Below are positions 51,262 through 63,289 of a DNA stretch of 64,000 nucleotides, in pieces (the stretch's first letter is position 1; the number at the start of each line of letters is the position of its first letter). Location of the stretch: NCBI RefSeq assembly GCF_009914755.1, contig NC_060935.1; one strand, written 5' to 3'. The position numbers and the translations under genes are program-made. The notes below the pieces were generated by a model. The model searched no databases and had not been told where the DNA came from. It worked only from the letters and a program-made list of their open reading frames with translations. This stretch comes from the human T2T-CHM13v2.0 reference genome, Homo sapiens.

Positions 51262-51690
51262 ATGCATGCATAGGAGTTATTGGAGAGTGTTTGGGAAAAT
51301 AATACCTGAATGGGAGATGGAGAAGCAGGTTTGGGCAGAGAGAGAAGTTAAACTGTACTGTAGTTGCAGCAGAAGTCTCAGCTTATCCCATAGAAAACTC
51401 TTGAGCTGGAAGAGTCCTTCAAAGTTATGTTGATTTAAGGCAAGAAGATCAAACCTTTGCATTTCCCGTATTAACTAATCATTTTATGTGGGCTTCCCCA
51501 GAGAGAAAGCAACTTTAGTTGTGACAACTCACTTCAGCTGAAAGCAATTCCTGTGAAGGACTCAGATATAAGAATTTAGCAACCAATACCCCTGGCAGCC
51601 CACAACTCTAAAGGTGAAATGTTAAATGCATCAATAAACACCTGAATTCTTAAGGGGGAATCTGGGCAGCATACCACAGCATCAACTGCA
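48875..51690 (-). mobile_element. Ancient ERVL (LTR16/HERV16-type) relic: two LTRs (~48875-49322, ~51200-51690) around a gag-like interior
   Basis: Both LTRs end alike on the + strand ('ccacagtgtccactaca' / 'ccacagcatcaactgca') and share 'gcagag..agaagttaaactg' and 'ctggaag/ctggcttagcccttca' blocks; very diverged; no TSD readable. Confidence 0.7.
51228..51262. repeat. (TG)n microsatellite
   Basis: Seen directly; a shorter (TG)n lies at 44637-44658. Confidence 0.95.
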
Positions 51691-51908
51691 GGAAACAATG
51701 TGATAGAAACTAATTTATGTAGTATGATAGAAAAACCTGAGATTTTAGGTATGCAAACTTACATAAACAGGTAGAAATCCAATTTTTTACCCATGAATTG
51801 ACATTATTAAACTTTATCACCAAAGTGAGGAAGACATTTAAAAATAATTCCAATTCCAGTTCTTTTTCTTTATACTGCTACTATATTTTTCTAATTTTAT
51901 TTATAAAG

Positions 51909-54201
51909 TGTATTCATCCATTTTCATGCTGCTGGATAAAGACATACCCAAGACTGCGGAATTTACAAAAGAAAGAGGTTTATTGGACTTACAATTCCAC
52001 ATGGCTGGGGAGACCTCACAATCATAGTGGAGGCAAGGGGAGCAAGTCACATCTTACGTGGATGGCAGCAGGCAGAAAGAGACAGCTTGTGCAGAGAAAC
52101 TCTGGTTTTAAAACCATCAGGTCTCATGAGACCCACACTCACTGTCATGAGAATAGCACAAGAAAGACCTGTCCCCATGATTCAATCATCTCCCACATGG
52201 GAATGGTAGCTACAAGATGAGATTTGGGTGGGGACACAGCCACACCACATGGTTCTGCCACTGGCCCCTCCCAAATCTCATATCCTCACATTTCAAAACC
52301 AATCATGCCTTCCCAAGAGTCCCCTAAAGTCTCAACTCATTTTAGTATTAACTCAAAAGTCCACAGTCCAAAGTTTCATCTGAGACGAGGCAAGTCCCTT
52401 CCACCTGTGAGCCTGTAAAATCAAATGCAAGTTAGTTATCTCCTAGATATAAAGGAGTATGTACAGGCATTGGGTAAATACAGCCATTCCAAATGGAAGA
52501 AATTGTCCAAAACAAAGGGGCTACAGGTTCCATGCAAGTCTGAAATCCAGTGAGGCAGTCAAATCTTAAAGCTCCAAAATGACCTCCTTTGACTCCACGT
52601 CTCACATCCAGGTCACGCTGACGCAAGAGGTGGGTTCCCATGGTCTTGGGCAGCGCCACCCCTGTGGCTTTGCAGAGTACAGCCTCCTTCCTGGCTGCCT
52701 TCATGGGCTGGTGTTGGGTGTCTGGGGTTTTTCCAGATGCATGGTGCAAGCTGTCAGTGGAGCTACCATTCTGGGGTCTGGAGGACAATGGCCCTCTTTG
52801 GACAGCTCCACTAGGTGGTGCCCCAGGAGGGCCCCTGTGTGGGGGCTCTGACCCCACATTTCCCTTTCGCATCACCCTTGCAGAGGTTCTTCATTAGGAC
52901 CCCGCCCCTGCAGCAAACATCTGCTTGGACATCCAGGTGTTTCCATACATCTTCTGAAATCTAGGCAGTGGTTCCCAAACCTCAATTCTTGATGTCTGTG
53001 CACTTGTAGGCTCAACACCACATGGATGCTGCCAAAGCTTAAGATTTGCATCCTCTGAACCCACAGCCCGAGCTGTACCTTGGCCCCTTTCAGCCATGGC
53101 TAGAGCAGCTGGGATTCAGAGCACCAAGTCCCTAGGCTGCATACAGCACAGGGACCCTGGGCCTGGCCCATGAAACCACTTTTTCCTCCTAGGCCTCTGG
53201 GCCTGTGATAGGAGGGACTGCCACAAATGTCTCTGACATGCCCTGGAGACATTTTCCCCATTGTCTTGGCGATTAACATTGGGCTACTTGTTACTTATGC
53301 AAATTCCTCCAGCCAGCTTGAATTTCCCCTCAGAAAATGGGATTTTCTCTTCTATTGCATTGTCAGGCTACAAATTTTCCAAACTTCTATACTCTGTTTC
53401 CTTTTTTAAACTGAACGCCTTTAATAGCACCCAAGTCACCTCTTGAATGCTTTGCTGCTTAGAATTTCTTTCAACAGATACCCTAAATCATCTCTCTCAA
53501 GTTCAATGTTCCACAAGTCTCTACAGCAGGGGCAAAATGTTGCCAGTCTCTTCACTAAAACATAACAAGAGTCACCTTAGCTCCAGTTCCCAACAAGTTC
53601 TTCATCTCCATCTGAGACCACCTCAGCCTGGACTCTATTGTTCATATCACTATCAGCATTTTTGTCAAAGCTATTCAACAAGTCTCCAGAAGTTCCAAAT
53701 TTTTCCACATTTTTCTGTCTTCTTTTGAGCCCTCTAAACTGTTCCAGCCTGTACCTGTTACCCAGTTTCAAATTCACTTCTACATTTTCAGGTGTCTTTT
53801 CAGCAACGCCCCACTCTACTAGTACCAATTTGCTGTATTAGTCTGTTTTCATGCTGACAATATAGACATACCTGACACTGGGCAATTTACAAAAGAAAGA
53901 GGTTTATTGGACCTACAATTCCACATGGCTGGGGAGGCCTCACAATCATGGCAGAAGGCAAGGAGGAGCAAGTCACATGTTACATGGATGGTGGCAGGGA
54001 AAAAGAGAGAGCTTGTGCAGAGAAACTCTTGTTTTTAAAACCATCAGATCTTGTGAGACCCATTCACTATCAGGAGAATAGCACAGGAAAGACCTGCCCC
54101 CATGATTCAATCATCTCCCACCAGGTCCCTCCCCCAGCACTTGGGAATTATGGGAGGTACAAGATGAGATTTGGGTGGGGACACAGAGCCAAACCATATC
54201 A
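51909..54201 (-). mobile_element. THE1A MaLR element: LTR 51909-52252, THE1-int 52253-53833, LTR 53834-54201
   Basis: Two LTRs with THE1A-type 'ttattggac..acaattccac' and 'tacaagatgagatttgggtggggacac'; ~1.6-kb internal region; TSD taaag/tcaag. Confidence 0.93.
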
Positions 54202-55619
54202 TCAAGTATATAATAAGCATCTTCTAGGCACTCTGTTATGTCAGGAAGATTCAGATAATTAAGAGCTGGACTTTGTTGTGAAAGAGTTTATAGTTTCATA
54301 CGTACTTCCATGTAACAAAGCTCATTATGTATATGCCACAAGTAAAAAACTATGTCCTTATTCTGATTCTTAAAGACTTATGTTAGCTGATGTGAATATA
54401 TACCAGTGGAAATATTTTCCTTCAGAAAACATAAATAAAATTTCCCAACCATTTGTTTTCAATAAATAAAAAAAATAAATTTGTACTTTGGAAAATGTGT
54501 GCTTTTTAAACTCATAAATATGAAAACAAACAAGATAAGAAGCAAATGAGCTATTTCTTTCATATCCTAGATTTATGGCAAAGATTAGAAAGGTGAAGAA
54601 GAGAAGAGTTCCTGAGAAATGGAGAATAGTATGCTTATGCCATGCTAGTAGTGATATGCATAAACTCCCTTTGATTATTAAATTTCTAAGATATTAGAAT
54701 AAGAAGTACAGTAACCATATTTTATGCATGAAGTCTGGTTTGATTAGTAACCAATGTGCTCATTCAGTCATTCACTGCAAGACCATAAATTCATTAGGGC
54801 AAGACCATGCTGGTTTTGTTCACTACTGTGTCTGAAACATAATACCTGTCACATCATGGGCATCCACTACACTTTTAATTACTCAGAGATTTATGGTGTA
54901 TCAAAATGAAAGAGAACTATAAACCTTGTGTTCTAATATAAATTCTATTTTTGTTAACCCTTTCTGTCCTCCCAAAACTGTCTCACATATGGATGCCCAG
55001 TATTATATTCTAGTTACGACATTATTGTAACCCCATAGTAACATGAAGTATGATATCTACAACTTAAGGTATAAGAAAGACTTCTTGAATAGATATGAAT
55101 TTTCCCAAAATACATTATAATAAACAAATCTGTTAAGGGAAACCCTGATCAGACTGACCAGGCTTTTGTTATGTGGCTAAAGTTGAATTTATTCTTTGAT
55201 ATTTTGAATGATTCCTGCAGTGGAAGAAGCAAGGAAAATTAAGATAAGAGCATAGAATAAGAAGGCCAAAGCTACTAGAGAAGAAATGAATGTGAAGCTC
55301 CATAAATGTAATAATTACATTGACCCTCATCAAGTAGACGCCGCAGTCTAGTGAGGGGATTTTGGGCAAGATATTCTGCCCTAAATGGGGCTATATATTC
55401 ACCAACAAGAAAAAGAGTAACTAGGTTTGTCATGAAACACTAAAGAACTACACTGAAATGGTTTAGGGGAAAACTAAACCAGGAACTCATTTTTCCTTTA
55501 CAAAATGGGACTATTCCTATAGGATTATCACAGTCCCTGCATCAAATAGTCATAGAACGACAAAAGCCAAAATGTATTCCATAGATAGAGCCAGCTCGAA
55601 CAAAGTAAAAACATAAGAA

Positions 55620-55855
55620 TCCAAAGATATAATGCCAGAAGGTCTTAAACTCTGGCTCCTCTATTTTCCCTATTTTCTGGCTTGTCATTTATGTCAAGAA
55701 GAACCATATCTCTGAGAGCTTCACATTCCTCATCTCTAAAATAGAATAAACCACACCATAAAAGAAAACAATTATCTTAAAGAGCCAAGGAGACAATAGA
55801 TGCAAAAGTGCTTTGAAAACCGCAAATCTCCCACCTATATTTATAATTATTGTTA
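55620..55855 (+). mobile_element. MIR SINE
   Basis: 'tctctgagagcttcacattcctcatctctaaaatagaata...atgcaaaagtgctttgaaaac'. Confidence 0.65.
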
Positions 55856-56794
55856 TGGTAGAGGACTTCAAATTTTCCCTGGACTGATGAGGTTACAACT
55901 CTAGTGGCAGAGGCTCAGAATTAAATATAGCCTGGCAAAGGGAAATCCAAGCATTTCAAGCAGAAAGGTGTCTATGGACAGGAGAAATAAAAGCATCCAT
56001 CTTTTTTTCTTTTTAATCTATCATGTCGCCCAGAAAATCTTTCTATGGTGCTCTTTTTTTCTCTGTATTTGTTATATTTATGTTGATTTAAAAAATACAT
56101 AATAGTAAATATAAAGCTTTGTATACGGAAGAATCCTATCACATTGTTACACTGCAGTAGATATGCTTTAGACCAAAGTAGCTGAAAGCATTAATTCAAT
56201 AAAATACAATTATGCAGCTAAATTATCCCTTGAATTATTGATGCAATATTGACTCATTTAGTGTCTATCATAACAAACGGACAGAATAGACACTTACAGG
56301 TTAATATGCCCTACCAAGGGAAAAAATGCACAGCAGCCGAACCCATAAATTCAGTAATTTTATCACCCTATGTTTTATTAAAATCCATTAGATTCCTTCA
56401 GAGGCACAAGGTCAAAGAAGAACAAAAAAAGGTGTTCCATACTAGTTTAAACAAGTTTAAACAGATACAAAAACAAACAATGGCAATTATGTTGTCTGTC
56501 ATTTTAATTACCAACATCCATTCTCTGTTAATTCTCCTTAATGCAGAGATGTGGTTAAACAACAGAAACTCTTAATAGCTCATGGAATCTTTGTCCTTGA
56601 TTATCTATATCCACATGAATTGGCATTGTTTTGCTGGAAAATTTGCTGCATTTACTATCTACCTGAGACACGCAAACAAACTAGATGTGCATGTAAATAC
56701 CAATGATCCCAAAGATAATGCTGTATTTACAGTAATTGGAAAATTGTTTTTTAAATACAGAAGATTCTTACGTTCTCATTTTAAACAGTACCTA

Positions 56795-57083
56795 GGCCAG
56801 GCACAGTGGCTAACACCTGTAATCCTAGCACTTGGGAGGCTGAGGTGGGAGGATAGCTTGAGACTAGGAGTTCAAGACGAGCCCGGGGAATATACAGTGA
56901 CCGTGTCTCTACAAAATATTAAAAAATCAGCTGGGCATGGTGGCGTGCACCTGTGGTCCCAGCTATTTGGGAGGCTGAAGTAGGAGGATCACTTGAGCTG
57001 GAGAGATTGAGACTACAGAGAGCCAAGGTCATGCCACTGCACTCCAGCCTGGGCAGTAGAGTGAAACCTCGTCTCAAAAAACA
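56795..57083 (+). mobile_element. AluJ
   Basis: ggccaggcacagtggc...ggaggatagcttgagactaggagttc; short tail; TSD core acagtacct on both sides. Confidence 0.93.
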
Positions 57084-59999
57084 ACACAGTACCTGTGTTA
57101 ATGTGCTTTTACACATTTTATATTTCTCCCTAGCTTGTGAGCACCTTGAGAATAGAGACCATGTCTTTAGCTCTTTGTAGAAGTCTTGGAGGTCCTGAAT
57201 ATACACTAAATTCAGAGATAAATTAATATGTACAAAAATGACTTAAAACATTAAATTCTCAGTTACCAAATGAAAAAAAAAATTACTTTCAGAATAAAAG
57301 CAGCCTAAATATCAAGTTAAACGTAATTTTTACAACATATTTAATTATGATAAAATACTGCCTCAAAGAGTAGCAGTGAATATCTTCAAATGAGGTCTTT
57401 CTGACCAAATATCATTCTTTGGATAAGTTGTCATGTAATGAGGTTCTGACTCTTGGTAGCTTTCCACTAAAATGTTGAACTTTACCCAGTTTCCAGATAA
57501 TTACTTTGAGTAAATAAGAGCTTTCTAAGTTCTTAAATGTACGAGCGAGTGTTTGGCGTTTCTGACATTTCAAGTGAATGCCTCAAACTTTCACAGAATT
57601 TTTAGGACTTGCTCTTTACCAATTCCATTTTATTTTATATTTTGGGGGGTAAGGAGCAGGATTTGGCCATATATTACTAAATGAATCTATAAAAGGAAAG
57701 AGACAGGTAAATTGTTTCTTCCCACCTTTTCCTTCAGGTTTAGTGTTTCTCCATTATACTGAATGGCACCTTAAAATACAGAGTCGAGATGCAATAAACT
57801 GAAAACAAGTGTGGTTTTATTAAGGAAGATAACATAATTGTTTAAGACATTTCATTTTACCCAGTAAGTCTCTGCTAATGTAAAAAGGGTCTTCAATAAT
57901 GTCTGCTGGGATGCATTGAGAATTCTGCACTGCTCCCAGTATGCAGTATACAATATGATAGAAGGAATCCCTGTCCATCCTTCATAGACTGGAGATGTTC
58001 GACGGCTCCACGTGCAAGCCATTGCTTCTCAGAAAAGCAGATTTGTAATATACAAATGAGAATTATCATTTTTTTCTAGCTAATTATCAGAGAAATGGGG
58101 AGCACTAAATTTGATGATTCACGTATTGCGCTTTGAGAACTCTAAGTACTTAGGGACTGGTTAGTACGGTGATTGATTGCTATATAAAGAGATATTTCAG
58201 TCAATTCTAAAGAGTTTATCATATGTTGGGGGGCAGGAAAATTTATCAGATGAAGGAAGATAAAAGTAATTTAAGAATGAAAAAATAGTTCAGTAAAAGA
58301 GGGCAATGTGAACACAAATGAGCACCAAAAAAGGCTTTATGTACTTGACAGAGAAGAGCTGAGCTCAGAGGTATATGCAAACTTTTTCATCATTTTCTCC
58401 TTCTACATGCCCTTTCCCCACCAACTCACGATTAGCATTAATAGATGTATTTCAATAACTAACATTCTGAAAGATGCGAATTCATTTTAATTTCCAACAC
58501 TAGAGAGTAAGTTCCTTGAAAGAGTGTCTTTTATTTTTATTTTTGATGAATTTACTTGAACTGGATCAATATAGGAAAAGGGAGACTCATCTCAAATGGA
58601 AGACACAGTATAAGAAAAAATATTTTCAGAGAGAATATACTTGCCTGCCTATTATGATCCCCTTTTATGCCCAGACTCATCCCGCGGAAGTTGGAAGTTG
58701 AGTGGGTATAATCCTAAAACAAAGATGCTGGGAGGGAGTGATTCATCACCAGGAAACTTTGATCTAACCTGAATAATACCTTCATGAAAGTAACAAAAAG
58801 AAAATGAAGATAAAGTAACCATGGAGCAGAAAACAGTGGGGGAAATTATGTTTTAGTACTTTGTGTTTCTGAGTAATGATACTCAACATCCCTGAGCTTT
58901 CAGTTAAATTATGCTTAATATGTCTTTTCTTTTCCCAGATCACGTTGTTCATAGATCCCCCTCCCCTCTTCGTCTCTATTTGTTGTCTATTCCAATTTAG
59001 TTTGCACAGGGTACATGATTAATACCCAATTTATGTCCTTCTCTGAAATGTTCATGAAGAAAACAGAGATGCTCCCCAAAATGACCTTTGTTGAATCCCT
59101 TGATACCGTTCCCCCAAATGGATGTTTTAGCATTTACAAATAACTTTCATTTTCTCTGCGCCTGCCAGATGGGTTTGAATCTCTGCGGTGGCTTTCTTCT
59201 CCAAACACCGCGGTTTTCTAAAGGATCAAATAAAGTTCATAGTGGCTTATCTCAATTTTCCTGGGATAACTCACATTTCAAAATGAGAAAGTCAGAATAA
59301 ATCAACAGCAGTAGCAAGCAGTTATGAAGGTCTCTATTCAGGGCAGTCGCCTCCTTGTCTCTATCTACTACAAAATGCATTTGAGGCATGGTCTCAAGGA
59401 CATAGTTGGAGGTGGGCGGTCAGCAGTTGAAGGCTTGATGGGGGTGACTAACAGGTGAGTATAACACCACATCCAAGAAATGCAAGACTGTGAAGGACTT
59501 ATTAACTTATTACATTTTCTGGTTGTGGAATTGTTATTACGGATGTTATTACAGCTGGAGGTTGGGGGCTGGGAGGAGGCAGAAACTGGAACCAGAATAC
59601 CTTACATAAAGACTATCTGAGAAGTCAATGACTGAACAGGAAGGAGGCACACATTGTGATCGTTTTTGTGTTATTGTTATTGTTAATTATAACAACAAAA
59701 TAGTTTTTATCATTTTTTGGTGTTTCCTATTATGCTATGCAATTTAGATATATATCCTACAACTCATGCAACCCATAAATTAAGATTATGACCATTTTAA
59801 AGACATGAAAACTATCCTGTTAATGGCCACGCAGAACAAGGTTTCAAATTATGCCTTTAATATTAAGACATCTATTTCATAAACAATATATTTTAAACAA
59901 TTGCAGCTTGCTATAGCATTACTCTCCCACCAGTCCCTATTTAACAAATATTTATTGTTTGCTTTCCCTAAAGTTGTGCAGTGTGATGTTAGAGAAAAA

Positions 60000-60160
60000 G
60001 ACCTTAGGAAAGTCCCTTAATTTATTGCATCCTCTATTTGTCTGCAAAGTTAGGTAAGAGTGTCTGTCTCATAGGCTGGATATAAGGATTTAATGAGTTA
60101 ATCCAGAAAAGCAGTCAAAACAGTAGTCGACACATTGAAGACATTCCATAAATCATTATT
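60000..60160 (+). mobile_element. MIR SINE
   Basis: 'accttaggaaagtcccttaa...ctcataggctggatataaggatttaatgagttaat'. Confidence 0.7.
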
Positions 60161-60275
60161 CCGTGGACGAGGCCCTAAACCAGCGGAAGATGCCTGGAGG
60201 TAGGGGCTGTAATAAGATGGTCTTGTCTTCAATCTGGTTATAGTCGGAAGAAAGTCCGATATATGAACAACTATT

Positions 60276-60544
60276 TTCTTTTTTGAGACGGAGTCTTGCT
60301 CTGTCAGTGTGCAGTGGCGCAATCTCCACTGACTGCAACCTCCAACTTCAGGTTCAAGTGATTCTCCCGCGTCAGCCTCCCGAGTAGCTGGGGTTACAGG
60401 CTCGTGCCACCATGCCCAGCTAATTTTTGCATTTTGGTAGAGTTGGGGTTTCAACATGTTGGCCAGGATGGTCTCAATCTCCTGACCTTGTGATCCACCT
60501 GCCTCAGCCTCCCAAAGTGCTGGGATTACAGGCGTGAGCCACCG
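60276..60544 (-). mobile_element. AluS (Sc-like), slightly 5'-truncated, small internal deletion
   Basis: ttttgagacggagtcttgct...ggcgtgagccaccg; perfect 12-bp TSD tgaacaactatt (60264-60275, 60545-60556). Confidence 0.95.
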
Positions 60545-60911
60545 TGAACAACTATTATTTGCAATAAGAGAGTGAATGAAATAAACACTAAAGAAAGATT
60601 CAAAGAAGGATTACAGGTGAGCTGATTAAAGTTAGCTTATTGCCAAGAAGGATGAAGGAAGGGCCTAAGTTGCAGCAAATGTTGACATGCTGGCTTAGAT
60701 TTTTGAGAGAGGAAAAAATATTTGCTGTTATGTGGTGGTCTAGCTCCTTCACTCACATAATCCTGAGAAGTAAGTACCATCATTCTTATTTTGTGGGTAG
60801 GGAAACTTAGACTCAGGGTAAAATACCTTTCTAAGGCTTTATAACATGTAATTACATAATAGCTAATCACTTTTGAATAAGGTCGGCCTCACTGTAGAGC
60901 CTATGTTTTGT

Positions 60912-61151
60912 CTTTTTAAAAAATTTATTTTCTATTGATACATAATAGATGTACATATATTCAGGATACCTGTGACAATTTAATAAATCCATATAATTCG
61001 TAATGATCAAATCCCTGTAATTGGGATATCCATCACCTGAAGTGTTTGTCTTTATGCCAGAAACATTCAAATCATTCTCTTCTAGCTATTTTAAAATATA
61101 CGCTACATCACTGTAAACTATATTCACTCTACCGATCTATCAAACACTAGG
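60912..61151 (-). mobile_element. L1MA (MA3-5-like) 3' end
   Basis: 'ttgatacataatagatgtacatat...taatgatcaaatccctgtaattgggatatccatcacc...ttctagctattttaaaatatac'. Confidence 0.85.
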
Positions 61152-61166
61152 AAGTCGCCCTGTCTT

Positions 61167-61208
61167 GATACTTACTATAAAAGAGTGCACTCTTTTATAG
61201 TAAGTATC
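61167..61208. repeat. Perfect spacerless 42-bp palindrome
   Basis: gatacttactataaaagagtg|cactcttttatagtaagtatc; the 21-bp arms are exact reverse complements. Confidence 0.98.
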
Positions 61209-61409
61209 CTTGCGGGTGTGTGTGTCCTGAATTATTGAAAGGCTTCATGTGCTGCTAGACTAGAGCACAACTTGGCTAGGGTTAAACAAATGTCCTGTGA
61301 AGGAGAGCCATAGGATTCAGAAGGGAATTGAATGAAAACTCACATTCTAGATATAAAAACAAAAAGCAAATTCATTGTACAACTGTATCCAATCTCTTGA
61401 TTGGAGTAT

Positions 61410-61930
61410 CAATGGAAAATGCACAGCCTGGAGCCACAGAGATGGCTGCCGCCCTTCCCCTGCCCTGGGAGCCTAGTGTGTTAGGCAGCTGTCAGTCCCA
61501 GTGCTGGCTGCTGCCCCTCCCACAAGGGGCTCCAAGGACTTAGACAGCAGACAGTCGCAGCTGTGGTGCTGGCCTCTCCACCCCCTCCAGCTCAGTAAGC
61601 TTAAGCAGATTCTAGTTGAGTGACTGTTGAGAATCTGCACAGCTCCATGATTGGGACCCTAGACCCTGGTGGCGTGGACTCACGAGTGGGATCTTCTGAT
61701 CTGTGGGTTGCACAATTCTGCGGAAAAAACACAGTTTCCCAGGCTGGGTAGCACGCTCACTCACTGCCTCCCTTGGCTGGGGGGTGGGGGCTGCCCTCTC
61801 CCATGTGGCTCTCAGGTGGGCCACCGCACCACACTGCTCTTCCTTCCTCTCCATAGGTCACGCCAGCTGCCTAGTCAGTTCTGATAACAGAACCTGCATA
61901 CCTCAGTTGCTGGTGCAGGATTCACACACA
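61410..61930 (-). mobile_element. Isolated L1 5' UTR fragment (L1PA8-13/L1P3-like)
   Basis: 'gagatggctgccgcccttcccc...gggatcttctgatctgtgggttgcacaattctgcggaaaa...cctcagttgctggtgcaggattcac' is an antisense older-L1P 5' UTR. Confidence 0.8.
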
Positions 61931-62279
61931 TCATAAGAATCTACTTATAATAGCATTAATTATGCATCCAATGTTGTGTATTTTAAAAGTGATATAATAT
62001 AGTTAACAACTTAGCCATTCAATTATTAGACATTTTTTCTATTTATTATTTGTACTGACAGTAAGACCGACTCAATGATTATTTTTATGCCCACATAGTT
62101 CTTCCTTATTTTTGAAAACATTTAGAGAGATATCATTTTGAAAGACCTTTCCCACCCCAGTTTTTATCTACCATATGATCTTGTTGCACTTCATAGTGTT
62201 TATTTCATATGGCATTTGTGTTCTTGGTGTGTGTGTGTGTATGTGTGTGCATGCACATCTGGATATATGTGCATGTGTA

Positions 62280-62440
62280 TCGACTTTCTACCCTGACTAT
62301 AACAATGCTTGCTTCTTGAGGGCAGAGATTTTGCCTGTCTTTTCACTATTATATCCTTAATCACTCTTAACAATGCCAGGTGTATGTTAGGTGTTTATAG
62401 AGATAGTGAATTAATAAAATAATTGAATGAATAAGTAAAT
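62280..62440 (+). mobile_element. L2 3' end
   Basis: 'ttcttgagggcagagattttgcctgtcttttcact...aacaatgccaggtgtatgttaggtg...tgaatgaat'. Confidence 0.7.
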
Positions 62441-63289
62441 GGGTAGTTTGGACAACTAATAGTTACTTCTTTAATGGTAATATTTGGAATTAGTATTAAT
62501 AATTTTTATACATTAAAATGTATATAAAATTTTAAAGTATAATGTGTTATATTATTTCTAAAACCTTTTTAAAAATAATATATAGAAAAATAGAAAGGGA
62601 ACATTTCTCATTGCCAACATTCAAAATAAATATAAAGTTTCCATGGATTTTATTTTATTTCTGTTCTTTTTTGTTCACACAAATTTACATAAAATTGTGA
62701 GTTAATTAGCATATAATATACATACAAGCTAAATTTGTAAGCTTATTTCTCTTCATGTAGTGGATATATTCACAAAGAAATATTTCAAAGACTGTTCTTA
62801 CATTAGGTATAAATAGTATTATGTACATCTTATTGAATTTATTTTTTTTTATGCTGCATTCAGGAAAACAAGCTGAAGGCATCTTGCTACCAACAAAGGA
62901 AGGTTAAAACGCTAAACATGGAGAATGTTATTTATATGTATTTTAATTGTTGTAGAAAAATATAACCATATATCTGCAGGCTACACTAAAAGCTTTATGA
63001 AATGAAAAGGCTTTTAAATGCCTATTTCAAGGTTGACCGTGTCATGCTATTTCAACCAAAATATCTTTTTGTGTCCATGGTGCAATGCAAAGATGCCAAT
63101 AAAATTTTTTGCTCACAAAAACTCATGGGGAAATATAATAATATATGAGCTCTTAGAGATATATTCTAGCCTCTCTAATATTATCAACAAACAAAAATAT
63201 CTCTCGATGTCAATATTCCCTCTTTGCTGGAAAGTATTTTTAGAAGGGAAAGAAAAATTATTTTCAATAATTATTTAAAAAGCATAGTA

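Noticed and set aside
52432-52875. 147-aa minus-strand ORF as a functional gene
   Set aside because: It is a fragment of the decayed THE1 internal ORF and is not continuous with neighbouring fragments.
53920-53940. PRDM9-A hotspot motif in the THE1A LTR
   Set aside because: The minus strand reads CCTCCCCAGCCAT, which mismatches CCNCCNTNNCCNC at positions 7 and 13; the other LTR copy is more degenerate.
60160-60275. CpG-rich stretch as foreign or NUMT insertion
   Set aside because: Better explained as a degraded L2-like remnant continuing past the Alu TSD; no mitochondrial or bacterial signature seen. Kept only as part of the CpG-retention finding.
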